The position numbers and the translations under genes were made by a program. DNA of 57,730 bases from a virus (Duplodnaviria; Caudoviricetes): positions 1 to 57,730 of IMG/VR virus record IMGVR_UViG_3300047457_000359; one strand, 5' to 3'. The first letter of the stretch is position 1, and every line of letters starts with the position of its first letter. Shown here piece after piece: positions 1 through 8,628 of this stretch. The notes below the pieces were generated by a model. That model searched no databases. It saw only the letters and a list, made by a program, of their open reading frames with translations, and was not told the DNA's origin.

Positions 1-1
1 G

Positions 2-1000
2 TCTGGGATCTCCAAGTCTGCTACGCATCTGTTGATGATTACCAAAGATGCAGCAGACAGAGCAGGAGTGTTGAAGCACCCTGGTCATGCCGACCAGTCA
101 GTCCACGGAAATGGTGGAAAGAACAGCAGGGCTGGAGCAGCAAGTCTTGCTGGCAGAGCATCAGGAGAAGGCAGCAGAACAAGCGTTGGTGTAATGGATG
201 CTGATGGACGACCAGCACTTGTCAATGCCACTAGTACGCCTGTTCTCGGAGCAAACTTGCAGGTGGGTGACATGATTGACGGCATTGGCGGAACCACCGA
301 AATAGTTGGTTTTGGTGTCGGAGGTCCGTTCGGCAACAGCAAGACCATGACGACACGGCCTGTTCACATGAATGCAAGCAGCACAAAAGGGACTGGTCGT
401 GGTGAAACAAGAACCGACAGTGTGTCGCTAGATCACAACTACCGAGTGATCACAGACTTCGCCCCGTTCGGTGTGGAAAAGGCTGGGGATCCTGTCGTCA
501 AGCACCCAGGTCACGCAGATCAGTCGGTTCACGGCAATGGCGGAAAGAACAGTCGTTCGGGATCCGCAGGGGGTTCGGCTGGTGGTGGAGAAGGGGCAGC
601 CGCCAACAAAGAACTTGATCAAGCAGATTTGGCTGTTTCTGAACTGAAGTCGGAGATCAGGGGTCTGGTAGTTGCTGGCGATAGTCTCGGTGAATACGGT
701 GCCGTCAGGTCAATGGAGCGTGAGATCGTCTCGGCAACAGATCACCTTGGTAATGCACGGTCGGTGAACAACAGGACTGCAGCAGATGGGTTCACTCGGG
801 GTCACAACAAGGGTGTGCGCAACGACTACGCCGACAAAGCACTTGCAGATCTCCAAGGCATAGAAGACAGCCTGATGAGCGTCGTTCGGGGCACTGGTCG
901 TTTGCCGCAACAGGCGTCAACTATGAGCAGTGTCGCAAGGTCAAGGGCGTTGATTGACATGGCACGAACTGCCCTCAACGGAGTCAAAGGAGCACCGTGA
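2..1000 (+). CDS. 5'-truncated two-module protein with two KHPGHADQSVHGNGGKNS tags (putative head cargo polyprotein)
   Basis: The frame is open from position 2. Tags at 74-127 and 500-553 are each followed by a Gly/Ser linker and a different domain. Confidence 0.75.
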   Translation, partial: SGISKSATHLLMITKDAADRAGVLKHPGHADQSVHGNGGKNSRAGAASLAGRASGEGSRTSVGVMDADGRPALVNATSTPVLGANLQVGDMIDGIGGTTEIVGFGVGGPFGNSKTMTTRPVHMNASSTKGTGRGETRTDSVSLDHNYRVITDFAPFGVEKAGDPVVKHPGHADQSVHGNGGKNSRSGSAGGSAGGGEGAAANKELDQADLAVSELKSEIRGLVVAGDSLGEYGAVRSMEREIVSATDHLGNARSVNNRTAADGFTRGHNKGVRNDYADKALADLQGIEDSLMSVVRGTGRLPQQASTMSSVARSRALIDMARTALNGVKGAP

Positions 1001-1587
1001 AACTTTCAGACCAGATCATGCTCGCCAGGTTGCGCAAGTACACCAGGCTCACGGAAAGCCAGTGGTTAGCGTTGGAGGCAGAAGTCGTCAAAGCAGGCGG
1101 GATCCTCAAAGCAACAGGTACGGCACACGCAGAGTTGATGTATTGCGCTGGGGTTGCCAGGGCCGAAGTGTTGAAGCATCCAGGACACCCCGATCAGTCC
1201 GTTCATGGTAACGGCGGGAAGAACAGCAACCCCAAAGGAACCCCCGCAGGTGGCGGTGGTGGTGGTTTGACCCCAGAAGATGAAGAAATGTTCAGTCAGG
1301 CTGAAGCAGATCTTGCTGCTGACAGGCAAGCGATCAAGGACGACATTGCTTCAGGGGATCTTGACAAAGAAGACGCTGGTGAGTACTTGCAGGCAAACAA
1401 AGATGCTGCGCAGGCCGTAGCAGATCACAAGAAAGCCGTTAGCGAGTATCGCAAGAACCCATCGGAAGACAACGCCGACAAGGTCATGGAGATCGGTGAT
1501 TACACTGTCATTGACGGGGATCTCTATGGTGGTAGTAGCGTGATCCAAGACCTGTATCACGCAGCAGAAGACATGATTGGTGTGTAA
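997..1587 (+). CDS. Leader domain + KHPGH tag + acidic helical domain
   Basis: GTG start overlaps the upstream stop; GGAG RBS; tag begins at residue 60. Confidence 0.8.
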   Translation: MKLSDQIMLARLRKYTRLTESQWLALEAEVVKAGGILKATGTAHAELMYCAGVARAEVLKHPGHPDQSVHGNGGKNSNPKGTPAGGGGGGLTPEDEEMFSQAEADLAADRQAIKDDIASGDLDKEDAGEYLQANKDAAQAVADHKKAVSEYRKNPSEDNADKVMEIGDYTVIDGDLYGGSSVIQDLYHAAEDMIGV

Positions 1588-1787
1588 TGACGATCAGTAT
1601 TGAAGATCAGGAAGCCCTGTTTCTGTTGAAGCAGTTCACCAAGTTGTCGCCGTTGCAGTGGCAGATGGTTGAGATTGCTGTTGCCAAGGCGGGCGGGATC
1701 ACAAATGTCAAAGGTCATGTTCTGCAGGAGTTGCACTTCTGCGCTGAACGAGCAAGAAGCGACGCAAAGAAAGGTTTGCTTCGGTAA
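1587..1787 (+). CDS. Stand-alone leader-domain protein, paralog of the N-terminus of 997-1587
   Basis: DQ..L..L...T.L...QW...E..V.KAGGI....G....EL..CA..AR aligns without gaps; TAATG coupling on both sides. Confidence 0.8.
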   Translation: MTISIEDQEALFLLKQFTKLSPLQWQMVEIAVAKAGGITNVKGHVLQELHFCAERARSDAKKGLLR

Positions 1788-2185
1788 TGGAAGAATGGCT
1801 TCGGCAGCCCGTGTTCAAGCACCCAGGGCATGCTGATCAAAGTGTGCATGGAAACGGCGGTAAGAACTCGCCTCGTTTGACTGGCGGTAAGCCGAACCCT
1901 GACCACAAGCCACTGGGTGGGGATCTGAAGACACGGATCACGCCCAGCAAGGAGAACGAATCCCACCGCACGAGGATGACCTCGTACATGGAGGGGTTCC
2001 ACAAGAACTTGAAGAACCCAGCCGAGCGTGATTACGCAGCAGCCAGGGCAAAGCAGATGATCAACGGAGAGCGTCGTCCGTCTGGAATGTCCGCCCAGTT
2101 CGGGGTTGATAAAGGTAGGGTTAGGGCGTTGGAGATCGTGTTGTACAAGGTGTTCAAGGCAGGAAGGGCGAAGATCGGTGTCTAG
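1787..2185 (+). CDS. KHPGH tag + basic domain protein
   Basis: TAATG-coupled start; tag follows VFK. Confidence 0.8.
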   Translation: MEEWLRQPVFKHPGHADQSVHGNGGKNSPRLTGGKPNPDHKPLGGDLKTRITPSKENESHRTRMTSYMEGFHKNLKNPAERDYAAARAKQMINGERRPSGMSAQFGVDKGRVRALEIVLYKVFKAGRAKIGV

Positions 2186-2321
2186 TGAACCTGAAGTCCC
2201 AGATCTGACAGATGTTGAGTTGCGACAACTGCAGACAGAAGTAGATACGCAGTTCAAGCGGTTCGGGATCCCAAGTGATGATGAGTTGATGGCGGAGATT
2301 GATCGCCTCAACGCCGACTGA
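2178..2321 (+). CDS. Small acidic hypothetical protein
   Basis: GTG start overlapping the upstream gene; 47 aa, D/E-rich. Confidence 0.5.
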   Translation: MSSEPEVPDLTDVELRQLQTEVDTQFKRFGIPSDDELMAEIDRLNAD

Positions 2322-2326
2322 CGCAG

Positions 2327-2380
2327 TGTGACAAACTTCACATAACCCCACATTGACTTTCGCCGCAGGCTGATTACGGT
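2327..2380 (+). promoter_or_regulatory. CRP-like box + housekeeping-sigma promoter (copy 1)
   Basis: TGTGA-CAAACT-TCACA, TAACCCC, TTGACT-N16-TACGGT; downstream GGAAAGGAG RBS. Confidence 0.8.
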
Positions 2381-2424
2381 CGTTTCCGCTGGAAGCACCA
2401 GCGATCTCGGGAAAGGAGATAGAA

Positions 2425-2913
2425 GTGGAAGTATCGGCACAGGTGGAGGCACTGGAAGCCAGTGCAGCCGCCCACGAGGCGGAGCGGGAGGCGTCGTTCC
2501 AGCGTTGCGACACCGACGGCTTCATGTCGCAGTGGGCAAGCGGGCTTTGCGCTCAGAAGGATCGGGCGGAAGCCAGGCTCCTGGAAGCAGAAGGACTGGC
2601 GGAGTTCCCAGCACTCTTTGACCTCCAAGGGCAGTGGGTGCCCGCCCGTCTCATTGACGGAAAGTTCGGTCCCTGCTGGATGGTCCTTGACCACAAGGGC
2701 GAGTTCAAGGGCGAGTTCGTCGGAGCGTTCCCCAAGCAGGAGGCGACACTCGCAAAGAAGGGCTACTGCGAGGGTGTGGTCATGCGACCCGCCAGGGTGG
2801 ACTTCGTCGGGTCCAGCGCAGTGAATGTGCGGGTGGCGTACCTGGCGGTGGATGAGCCGTGGGAACAGCCTGCCGTGATCATCAGCAGCAATCGCTGGAA
2901 GGAGGACCAGTAA
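2425..2913 (+). CDS. Hypothetical protein, first gene of accessory island
   Basis: Strong RBS, 162-aa ORF. Confidence 0.7.
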   Translation: MEVSAQVEALEASAAAHEAEREASFQRCDTDGFMSQWASGLCAQKDRAEARLLEAEGLAEFPALFDLQGQWVPARLIDGKFGPCWMVLDHKGEFKGEFVGAFPKQEATLAKKGYCEGVVMRPARVDFVGSSAVNVRVAYLAVDEPWEQPAVIISSNRWKEDQ

Positions 2914-3071
2914 TGGAAGAGATGGAGTGTTGTGAGGAAGCAAACCCCTGGGCAAGCATCTGCGACGGATCGGTGAAAGTCCGCTACAAGAAGGGCTGGT
3001 ACAAGAGCGGCGCAGAGTACTGCGACCAGCACTGGGAGGAAGTGGAGTACATGTTGGAGGGAGTGCTGTGA
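2913..3071 (+). CDS. Small Cys-containing hypothetical protein
   Basis: TAATG coupling and GGAGG RBS. Confidence 0.55.
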   Translation: MEEMECCEEANPWASICDGSVKVRYKKGWYKSGAEYCDQHWEEVEYMLEGVL

Positions 3072-3475
3072 GCAGTCGGTTCATAGTTGTCCTGCACCCA
3101 TCGGAGGTGTCGGGCATGGTGGAGATGCAAGTTCACAAGCAGGAAGGTCCGATCGGCCTGGGGATCCTGCAAGAAGCAGTCGGCGGGTTCATTGAATGCG
3201 TGTTCTCGGGCGAGGTGACGCTGTTCTGCAACGAGGAAGGCAAGTTGCGGGGCTTGCTGCCGAATCATGTGGCGACAGACCTGTGGGATCAGTTGCTGGA
3301 GGAAGCAGAGATCACGGCACCGCTGGATGTCCTCGTCGGGTCGGTCGTTGTGACTGGGGATGTTGACGAGGAAGGCGAACAGTGGGGCATGGACCTCGCA
3401 GGGATCAAGAAGTTCGCCAGCATGGTGCTCGGCAACGCAGACGAGTTTGTCGGTCATTTGGAGGAAATGGCGTAG
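3068..3475 (+). CDS. DUF3846-like protein
   Basis: LQEAVGGFIE...CNEEGKLRGL.PN..AT...LVGSVVVTG pattern. Confidence 0.7.
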   Translation: MSSRFIVVLHPSEVSGMVEMQVHKQEGPIGLGILQEAVGGFIECVFSGEVTLFCNEEGKLRGLLPNHVATDLWDQLLEEAEITAPLDVLVGSVVVTGDVDEEGEQWGMDLAGIKKFASMVLGNADEFVGHLEEMA

Positions 3476-3724
3476 ATGAGTGACGGACCCAAAGACAGGT
3501 TCAAGAAAACCCAGCACAAGAACGCAGAACAGCGTCGTCAAGATCAAGAAGAGCAGAAAGCAATCGCCAGGGCCGACGAGGGCAAGGAGTTCGTCTGCAG
3601 GAACTGCCGTAGGTGGTTGCCCAGGTCGTACTTTGAGTACGAGTTTGACGGAGAAGTCAAGTTGGCGACACGGTGCGACAGTTGTCGTGAGGAGAATCGT
3701 CAGCGGTATCGCAGGCGAGGGTGA
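3476..3724 (+). CDS. Small zinc-finger protein
   Basis: CRNC...CDSC. Confidence 0.55.
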   Translation: MSDGPKDRFKKTQHKNAEQRRQDQEEQKAIARADEGKEFVCRNCRRWLPRSYFEYEFDGEVKLATRCDSCREENRQRYRRRG

Positions 3725-4236
3725 CACCTGTCACTACACCGCAGTATCGGAGGAAAGGTACGGTACGGATCGTGAGAAGTAAGAAAGCAACTGGTTTCGC
3801 CGTGTATGGCACTTTGCGGGAGGGCGAACCGAACGAAGGAAGGTGGCGGGATCTAGGCAACGCCCGCCCAGGACGGTTCCATGTTGAGAGCCACTGTTTG
3901 TTGCGTCCAGTTGGATGGCCGTTTCCGTATGCCGTCCCGACCGCAGAAGATGGGGATCACATAGTTGTTGACTTCGTCCAGCCGTCGTCCAGACGGGCGT
4001 TCGCCAAGATGCTCCAAGCGTTTGATTGGTTGGAGGGCTATCCGACCCACTATGACCGCAGGGTCGTAGCGATCAAGGACACGGAGACAGGCTCTATCGC
4101 AGGCTATGGCTGGATCTACATCGCAGCCAAGCCGTGGGCGTTGGGCGAATGTGAGATCGTGCCACACGGCGACTGGAAGTCGGTGTGGGACAGATGGGAT
4201 TGGCTGATGAACCAAGGAAAGGAAGGTAGCCGATGA
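3721..4236 (+). CDS. Gamma-glutamylcyclotransferase (AIG2-like) family protein
   Basis: FAVYGTLREGEPN, DWLEGYPTHYDR, WIY and GDW motifs. Confidence 0.8.
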   Translation: MTPVTTPQYRRKGTVRIVRSKKATGFAVYGTLREGEPNEGRWRDLGNARPGRFHVESHCLLRPVGWPFPYAVPTAEDGDHIVVDFVQPSSRRAFAKMLQAFDWLEGYPTHYDRRVVAIKDTETGSIAGYGWIYIAAKPWALGECEIVPHGDWKSVWDRWDWLMNQGKEGSR

Positions 4237-4754
4237 CCAGATTGCTTCTGGTGACCAAGCCCTGCATGGTGCAGGGAACCGCTGTGTACGACGAGGACGG
4301 GGGTGTTGACTGTTACGACACCCGAACGAGCGGAGGCTGCCCCTACTGGGATCATGTTTCCAAGGTGGAGGTGTTGAGATTGAGAACAGGCGGGCAGCGT
4401 CTCGTGCAGACGGTGTGCAGTATTGACCCAGACCAAGCACACGCAGCCACTGTTGGCATAGTGCCGTCTCTCCGATACGGTCTGAACTGGTACGGAGTTG
4501 ACTCGGATGTGGAGTACAGGGATCCCAACGACCATGACGATTGCGAGTGTTGTGTGTTTCACTTTGATGGTTGCACTAGCCAGCATGCCAGACTCCAGGG
4601 CAGAGCCTTGCGGGGAGCCGTTCCCCGATTAGAGCGAGTGATGAATGCTGGGCTAATGGACAAAGAAGCCAAAGCCGAGATCGGTGCTCAATGGCTGTTC
4701 TTGCAATGGTGGTTGGGACTTGCAGCCACGCACGACGGCTATGTGGTGAACTAA
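4233..4754 (+). CDS. Hypothetical protein
   Basis: ATGA overlap with upstream gene; AAGGAAGG RBS. Confidence 0.6.
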   Translation: MTRLLLVTKPCMVQGTAVYDEDGGVDCYDTRTSGGCPYWDHVSKVEVLRLRTGGQRLVQTVCSIDPDQAHAATVGIVPSLRYGLNWYGVDSDVEYRDPNDHDDCECCVFHFDGCTSQHARLQGRALRGAVPRLERVMNAGLMDKEAKAEIGAQWLFLQWWLGLAATHDGYVVN

Positions 4755-4823
4755 GGTTTAGTCCCGATACAGATACGCTGTAGATCTGGTTCCGAGGGTT
4801 CCTTTCCCCCCTTGTTGAGCCAG

Positions 4824-4860
4824 CGAACGGGGGAGTCAGCAACCACTGCTCCCCCGTTCG
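4824..4860 (+). terminator. GC-rich hairpin, probable terminator closing the accessory island
   Basis: Perfect 12-bp stem CGAACGGGGGAG / CTCCCCCGTTCG with a 13-nt loop. Confidence 0.65.
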
Positions 4861-4879
4861 TCATGTTATGGTGGGGATC

Positions 4880-5029
4880 ATGTTGGAAGGCTTCAGCGAT
4901 CTTGAACAGAGTGCGATCGCTATGCACGAATGGTTTGTCACCTTGGTGCAGAGTGGTTTCTCGGAGGACCAGGCGTTGAGGTTGATTGCCATGTCAATAA
5001 GCAACCTCGGTAAAGACGAAGACGGTTGA
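4880..5029 (+). CDS. Small hypothetical protein
   Basis: 49-aa ORF read by hand (MLEGFSDLEQSAIAMHEWFVTLVQSGFSEDQALRLIAM...); not in the ORF track. Confidence 0.55.
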   Translation: MLEGFSDLEQSAIAMHEWFVTLVQSGFSEDQALRLIAMSISNLGKDEDG

Positions 5030-5051
5030 GTAGTGCATGTAGGATCGGCGT

Positions 5052-5342
5052 GTGAAGCGGTCAGACAGCACCCCAGGTAAGTTGACCAAGGTTGAGTACG
5101 AGCAGGGACAGATGCTTGTCGTGACCTGGTTGGACGCACACAACTTGGAGTGCGGTTGGCAAGACATGAAGGAAGTGAAGTTCTCCAAAGCCGAAGTGCA
5201 GACGGTCGGACACTTTGTTGCGGTAGCCCAAGAGCAACTGTGGCTAGCAGCAGATTGGTGCGAAGAAGACGACATGGTGAACACGGTCGTCGGGATCCCA
5301 CTAGGAATGGTTGTAACTGTGAGAGAGATTGACAATGGCTGA
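5052..5342 (+). CDS. Hypothetical phage protein
   Basis: VTWLDAH...TVGH...IPLGMV pattern; overlaps the portal start. Confidence 0.6.
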   Translation: MKRSDSTPGKLTKVEYEQGQMLVVTWLDAHNLECGWQDMKEVKFSKAEVQTVGHFVAVAQEQLWLAADWCEEDDMVNTVVGIPLGMVVTVREIDNG

Positions 5343-6831
5343 AGACAAGATCAAGTATGACGACTTTGCTGAGATCGGCACAGGCGGCCTGCGGCGCACG
5401 GGCGGCTTCATTATTGAGGAGTTCCTCACTGGTCTGCGATCACTGCAGGGAGCCAAGGCGTACAAGGAGATGTCCACCAACGATCCCGTTGTTGGTGCTT
5501 TGCTGTTCGCCATAGAGCAACTGATCCGCAACATTGATTGGAGAGTGGATCCGTTCACGGGATCCGAAGAAGAAGAGCAGACGCAGGCTGACAAGGATTT
5601 GGCTGAGTTCGTTGAGCAGTGTCGTCACGACATGTCGTCGTCTTGGGACACGATGATCTCGGACATTCTGTCCATGTTGGTGTACGGGTATGCGTTCTGT
5701 GAGATCGTGTACAAGAAGCGCATGGGCAACGACCAAGACGATCCGTCCAGGCGGTCGCAGTTCCGTGACAACAAGATCGGTTGGCGCAAGATCACGCTGA
5801 GAGCGCAAGAGACAACCTGGATGTGGATGCTTGACGAAAAGGGCGGGATCCAGGGAATGGTGCAAGTGGATCCGTCAACTGGCGGCAGGGGGGCGGTAGA
5901 GATCCCCATTGAAAAGGCGTTGTTGTTCCGCACAAGCAGTAGCCGAAATAACCCAGAAGGTCGCAGTTTGCTTCGCAATGCTTACCGACCCTGGAGGTTC
6001 AAGAAGACGATTGAAGAGATTGAAGCCGTCGGTATTGAACGGGATCTCGCAGGTCTGCCAGTGGCGTATGTGCCACCGCAGTTGCTGTCGGGCAACGCCA
6101 ACGAAGCAATGGTTGGTGCTCGTGATGCGATCCAGGAACTGGTGCGTGGGATCAAGCGCAACGAGAACGAGGGGATCCTGTTCCCGCTGTCGTATGACGA
6201 GAACGGGCGAGAGATGTACAAGTTGACCCTGTTGACCACTGGCGGCCAGCGTCAGTTTGACACTGACAAGGTTGTTTCACGGTACGACCAGCGGATTGCG
6301 ATGACCGTGTTGGCTGACTTCATTCTGTTGGGTCACGAGAATGTCGGTTCGTTTGCCCTCGGAGCATCCAAGATTGACCTGTTCACGACGGCGATCAGCC
6401 AGATCGCAAGAGAGATCTGCGAGGTGTTCAACTCGTATGCGATCCCAAGATTGTTGAAGTTGAACGGGATCAAGACAGACCGTATGCCCAAGTTGGCGTT
6501 CGGCCAGTTGACGCATGTTGACCTCGCACTGCTCGGCAACTTCATTCAGCAGGTTGCAGGTGCAGGTGCTCTTGTGGTGGACGCAGGGCTTGACGAGTAC
6601 CTTAGAACCACGGCAGGTTTGCCGCCCCGTGAGGAAGACGACGGGATCATGCCAGTGGGTGACAACCAGGCGAAGGTTGGTTCGGGAGACGATACGGGCG
6701 ACAAAGAGGACGGAGACGCTGCTCCTAAGAAGCCGCAGGCCGACAACAAGGAGACTGCCTCACCTACACCCAAGGACAAGAAGATAGAAGAAGCGATCAA
6801 GTCGCTGATGGAGAAATACGGCGATCAGTAG
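5335..6831 (+). CDS. Portal protein (DUF935/Mu gp29-like)
   Basis: About 500 aa; NNPEGRSLLRNAY.PW..KK...E..GIERDLAGLP; position before MuF and the protease. Confidence 0.85.
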   Translation: MAEDKIKYDDFAEIGTGGLRRTGGFIIEEFLTGLRSLQGAKAYKEMSTNDPVVGALLFAIEQLIRNIDWRVDPFTGSEEEEQTQADKDLAEFVEQCRHDMSSSWDTMISDILSMLVYGYAFCEIVYKKRMGNDQDDPSRRSQFRDNKIGWRKITLRAQETTWMWMLDEKGGIQGMVQVDPSTGGRGAVEIPIEKALLFRTSSSRNNPEGRSLLRNAYRPWRFKKTIEEIEAVGIERDLAGLPVAYVPPQLLSGNANEAMVGARDAIQELVRGIKRNENEGILFPLSYDENGREMYKLTLLTTGGQRQFDTDKVVSRYDQRIAMTVLADFILLGHENVGSFALGASKIDLFTTAISQIAREICEVFNSYAIPRLLKLNGIKTDRMPKLAFGQLTHVDLALLGNFIQQVAGAGALVVDAGLDEYLRTTAGLPPREEDDGIMPVGDNQAKVGSGDDTGDKEDGDAAPKKPQADNKETASPTPKDKKIEEAIKSLMEKYGDQ

Positions 6832-6833
6832 CC

Positions 6834-8372
6834 ATGCCGTTCCTGTCCAAAGCACGGAATCGCCCGCCAGTACAGTTGACCCAGCGAGAGCGTGAAGTTG
6901 TCAATAGTTTCCTGGACGCAGTAAGGGCGTTGGGTCAGCAACTGGACCTGTCGGCTGTCCAGGCGATGATCCGCAATGGAGTTCCAGGAACGCTGAATGT
7001 GTCTGACTTCATCAGCCAGTTGGGGGGGTTTGTTGATGCAGTTCGGGGCGAAGTAGGTGCTTCGGGACTGTCTGCGATCCGTGAGTCTCTGCCGACTGGT
7101 TACAAGTCTGTCGTCGGTTTTGATCGGCTGGATCCTCGTGCCGTTGCCTGGGCAGAAGAACGGGCTGGTGTGTTGATCGCCCAGATCTCGGACGAACAGC
7201 GTGAAATGTTGCGGCGGACCATCGCCCAGGGGATCACTGATCAGGTGACCGCTGAAGAACTGGGTATGCGCATTAGGAGTCAGATCGGCCTGCACAGTCA
7301 GTGGGGTCAAGCAGTTGAACGGGCAACCAGCAAAGAGTTGAAGCGTTTGATGGCGAATGGACTCAGCATGGAGAAGGCTCTGGAAAGGGCAGAGAAGTTC
7401 CGCCAGCGGTATCACGACAAGTTGCTTCGCACCAGGGCGAGAAACATCGCTAGGACCGAGATCATGACTGCCCAGAACCAGGGCCGTCTTCTGGGATGGC
7501 TTGAAATGGCGAACCAGGGGATCTTGGCACCGAACGCACTGAAGACCTGGAAGGTTGGTCCTTCGGGCTGGAAGGGCAAAGTTGTGTGTGATGTGTGCGC
7601 ACCGCTGGACGGCCAGTCGGTGAAGGTGACCGAGTCGTTCTCCAACGGTGTAGCAATGCCGCCAGCCCACCCCAACTGTAGGTGTACCGCAGTGATCAAG
7701 CCGATCCCGATTGAAGAAGTTCGTCAGTTGATCAGTTACGACGACTCGGATTACGAAGCAGCCGACACGATCTTGTCTGGTGCTCGTGAGAATGAGCCTG
7801 GGATCACGAGGTTGATGACCAGATTGGCGTCTGAATCGGGCGGTCGCATGGAGGGACTGGAGCACAGGCTCAAAGGAAGGGTGTCGTTGGCTCGCAAGAT
7901 CCACGGAGATGTGATTGAAAAGGGCGTTTCGTCAATGGATGCTGCCCGACAGATCAACGACTCGGTGAGGTACACGATGATGTTGCCGCACGGTGACTAC
8001 ACCGATGGGATCATGTTTGTTCGGCGGACGCTTGAATCGGAGGGGTTTGTGATCAGAAATGTCAAGAACTTCTGGGTGCCTGGGAACGACTACAAGGGGG
8101 TTCACTTCATTGTTGCCGACCCCAAAGGCGTGTTGTTTGAGTTGCAGTTCCACACGGATGAGTCAATGCGTGTCAAGAACATTGTTCACGGGATCTACGA
8201 AAAGTGGCGAGTCATGCCAGACGGACCAGACAAGACGAAACTGTTTGAGGAAATGGTGGGGATCTCCAACGAGCAGCCCACGCCCGCCAAGATTGACCTG
8301 ATTGGTAGTCTCGTAGATCGGGTAAAGAAAGCAGCGGAATGGGTCAGGAAGTGGTTCGGTGAACAAAGATAG
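6834..8372 (+). CDS. MuF/SPP1 gp7 minor head protein fused to a C-terminal RelA/SpoT-like nucleotidyltransferase toxin domain
   Basis: RARNIARTE, C.VC and PPAHPNCRC (MuF), then RLK...SL.RKI, DSVRYT, YKGV, FELQFHT.ES and H.IYE (alarmone synthetase-like). Confidence 0.85.
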   Translation: MPFLSKARNRPPVQLTQREREVVNSFLDAVRALGQQLDLSAVQAMIRNGVPGTLNVSDFISQLGGFVDAVRGEVGASGLSAIRESLPTGYKSVVGFDRLDPRAVAWAEERAGVLIAQISDEQREMLRRTIAQGITDQVTAEELGMRIRSQIGLHSQWGQAVERATSKELKRLMANGLSMEKALERAEKFRQRYHDKLLRTRARNIARTEIMTAQNQGRLLGWLEMANQGILAPNALKTWKVGPSGWKGKVVCDVCAPLDGQSVKVTESFSNGVAMPPAHPNCRCTAVIKPIPIEEVRQLISYDDSDYEAADTILSGARENEPGITRLMTRLASESGGRMEGLEHRLKGRVSLARKIHGDVIEKGVSSMDAARQINDSVRYTMMLPHGDYTDGIMFVRRTLESEGFVIRNVKNFWVPGNDYKGVHFIVADPKGVLFELQFHTDESMRVKNIVHGIYEKWRVMPDGPDKTKLFEEMVGISNEQPTPAKIDLIGSLVDRVKKAAEWVRKWFGEQR

Positions 8373-8577
8373 GTTCTGGGTTATGTACGGCCTGAATGAT
8401 CGGCCCGCAGCCCTGTACAGGTTGTCGTACCCCGCACGATCGTTTCAGCGTTGGGATCGTGGTGTGTGGGTTGATGCGAGTGCTCGGTATGAACGAGTCA
8501 CGCAAGATGCAGCCAACGACGAAGTGGATCTTGAAACTGCCGTGACGCTGATGAAGTCCTGGGCGCAACCGCAGTAG
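8359..8577 (+). CDS. Putative immunity protein for the MuF toxin
   Basis: 72-aa aromatic-rich ORF overlapping the toxin 3' end; typical toxin-immunity layout. Confidence 0.55.
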   Translation: MNKDRFWVMYGLNDRPAALYRLSYPARSFQRWDRGVWVDASARYERVTQDAANDEVDLETAVTLMKSWAQPQ

Positions 8578-8628
8578 ACATAACACTGGTGTAGTCGGGA
8601 TCACCGAAGTTCGGCGTAAGATGCTGTA

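Larger units (their letters stand above)
74..1870 (+). repeat. Four dispersed copies of an 18-codon peptide repeat (74-127, 500-553, 1174-1227, 1817-1870)
   Basis: KHPGH(A/P)DQSVHGNGGKNS; one amino-acid difference across four copies, many synonymous changes. Confidence 0.95.

Noticed and set aside
74-1870. Repeats as a CRISPR array or DNA-level repeat element
   Set aside because: Conservation is at peptide level with diverged codons, spacing is irregular, and all copies are in-frame within ORFs.
4755-4870. tRNA or other ncRNA in this intergenic gap
   Set aside because: No cloverleaf or T-loop consensus; a single hairpin explains the structure.
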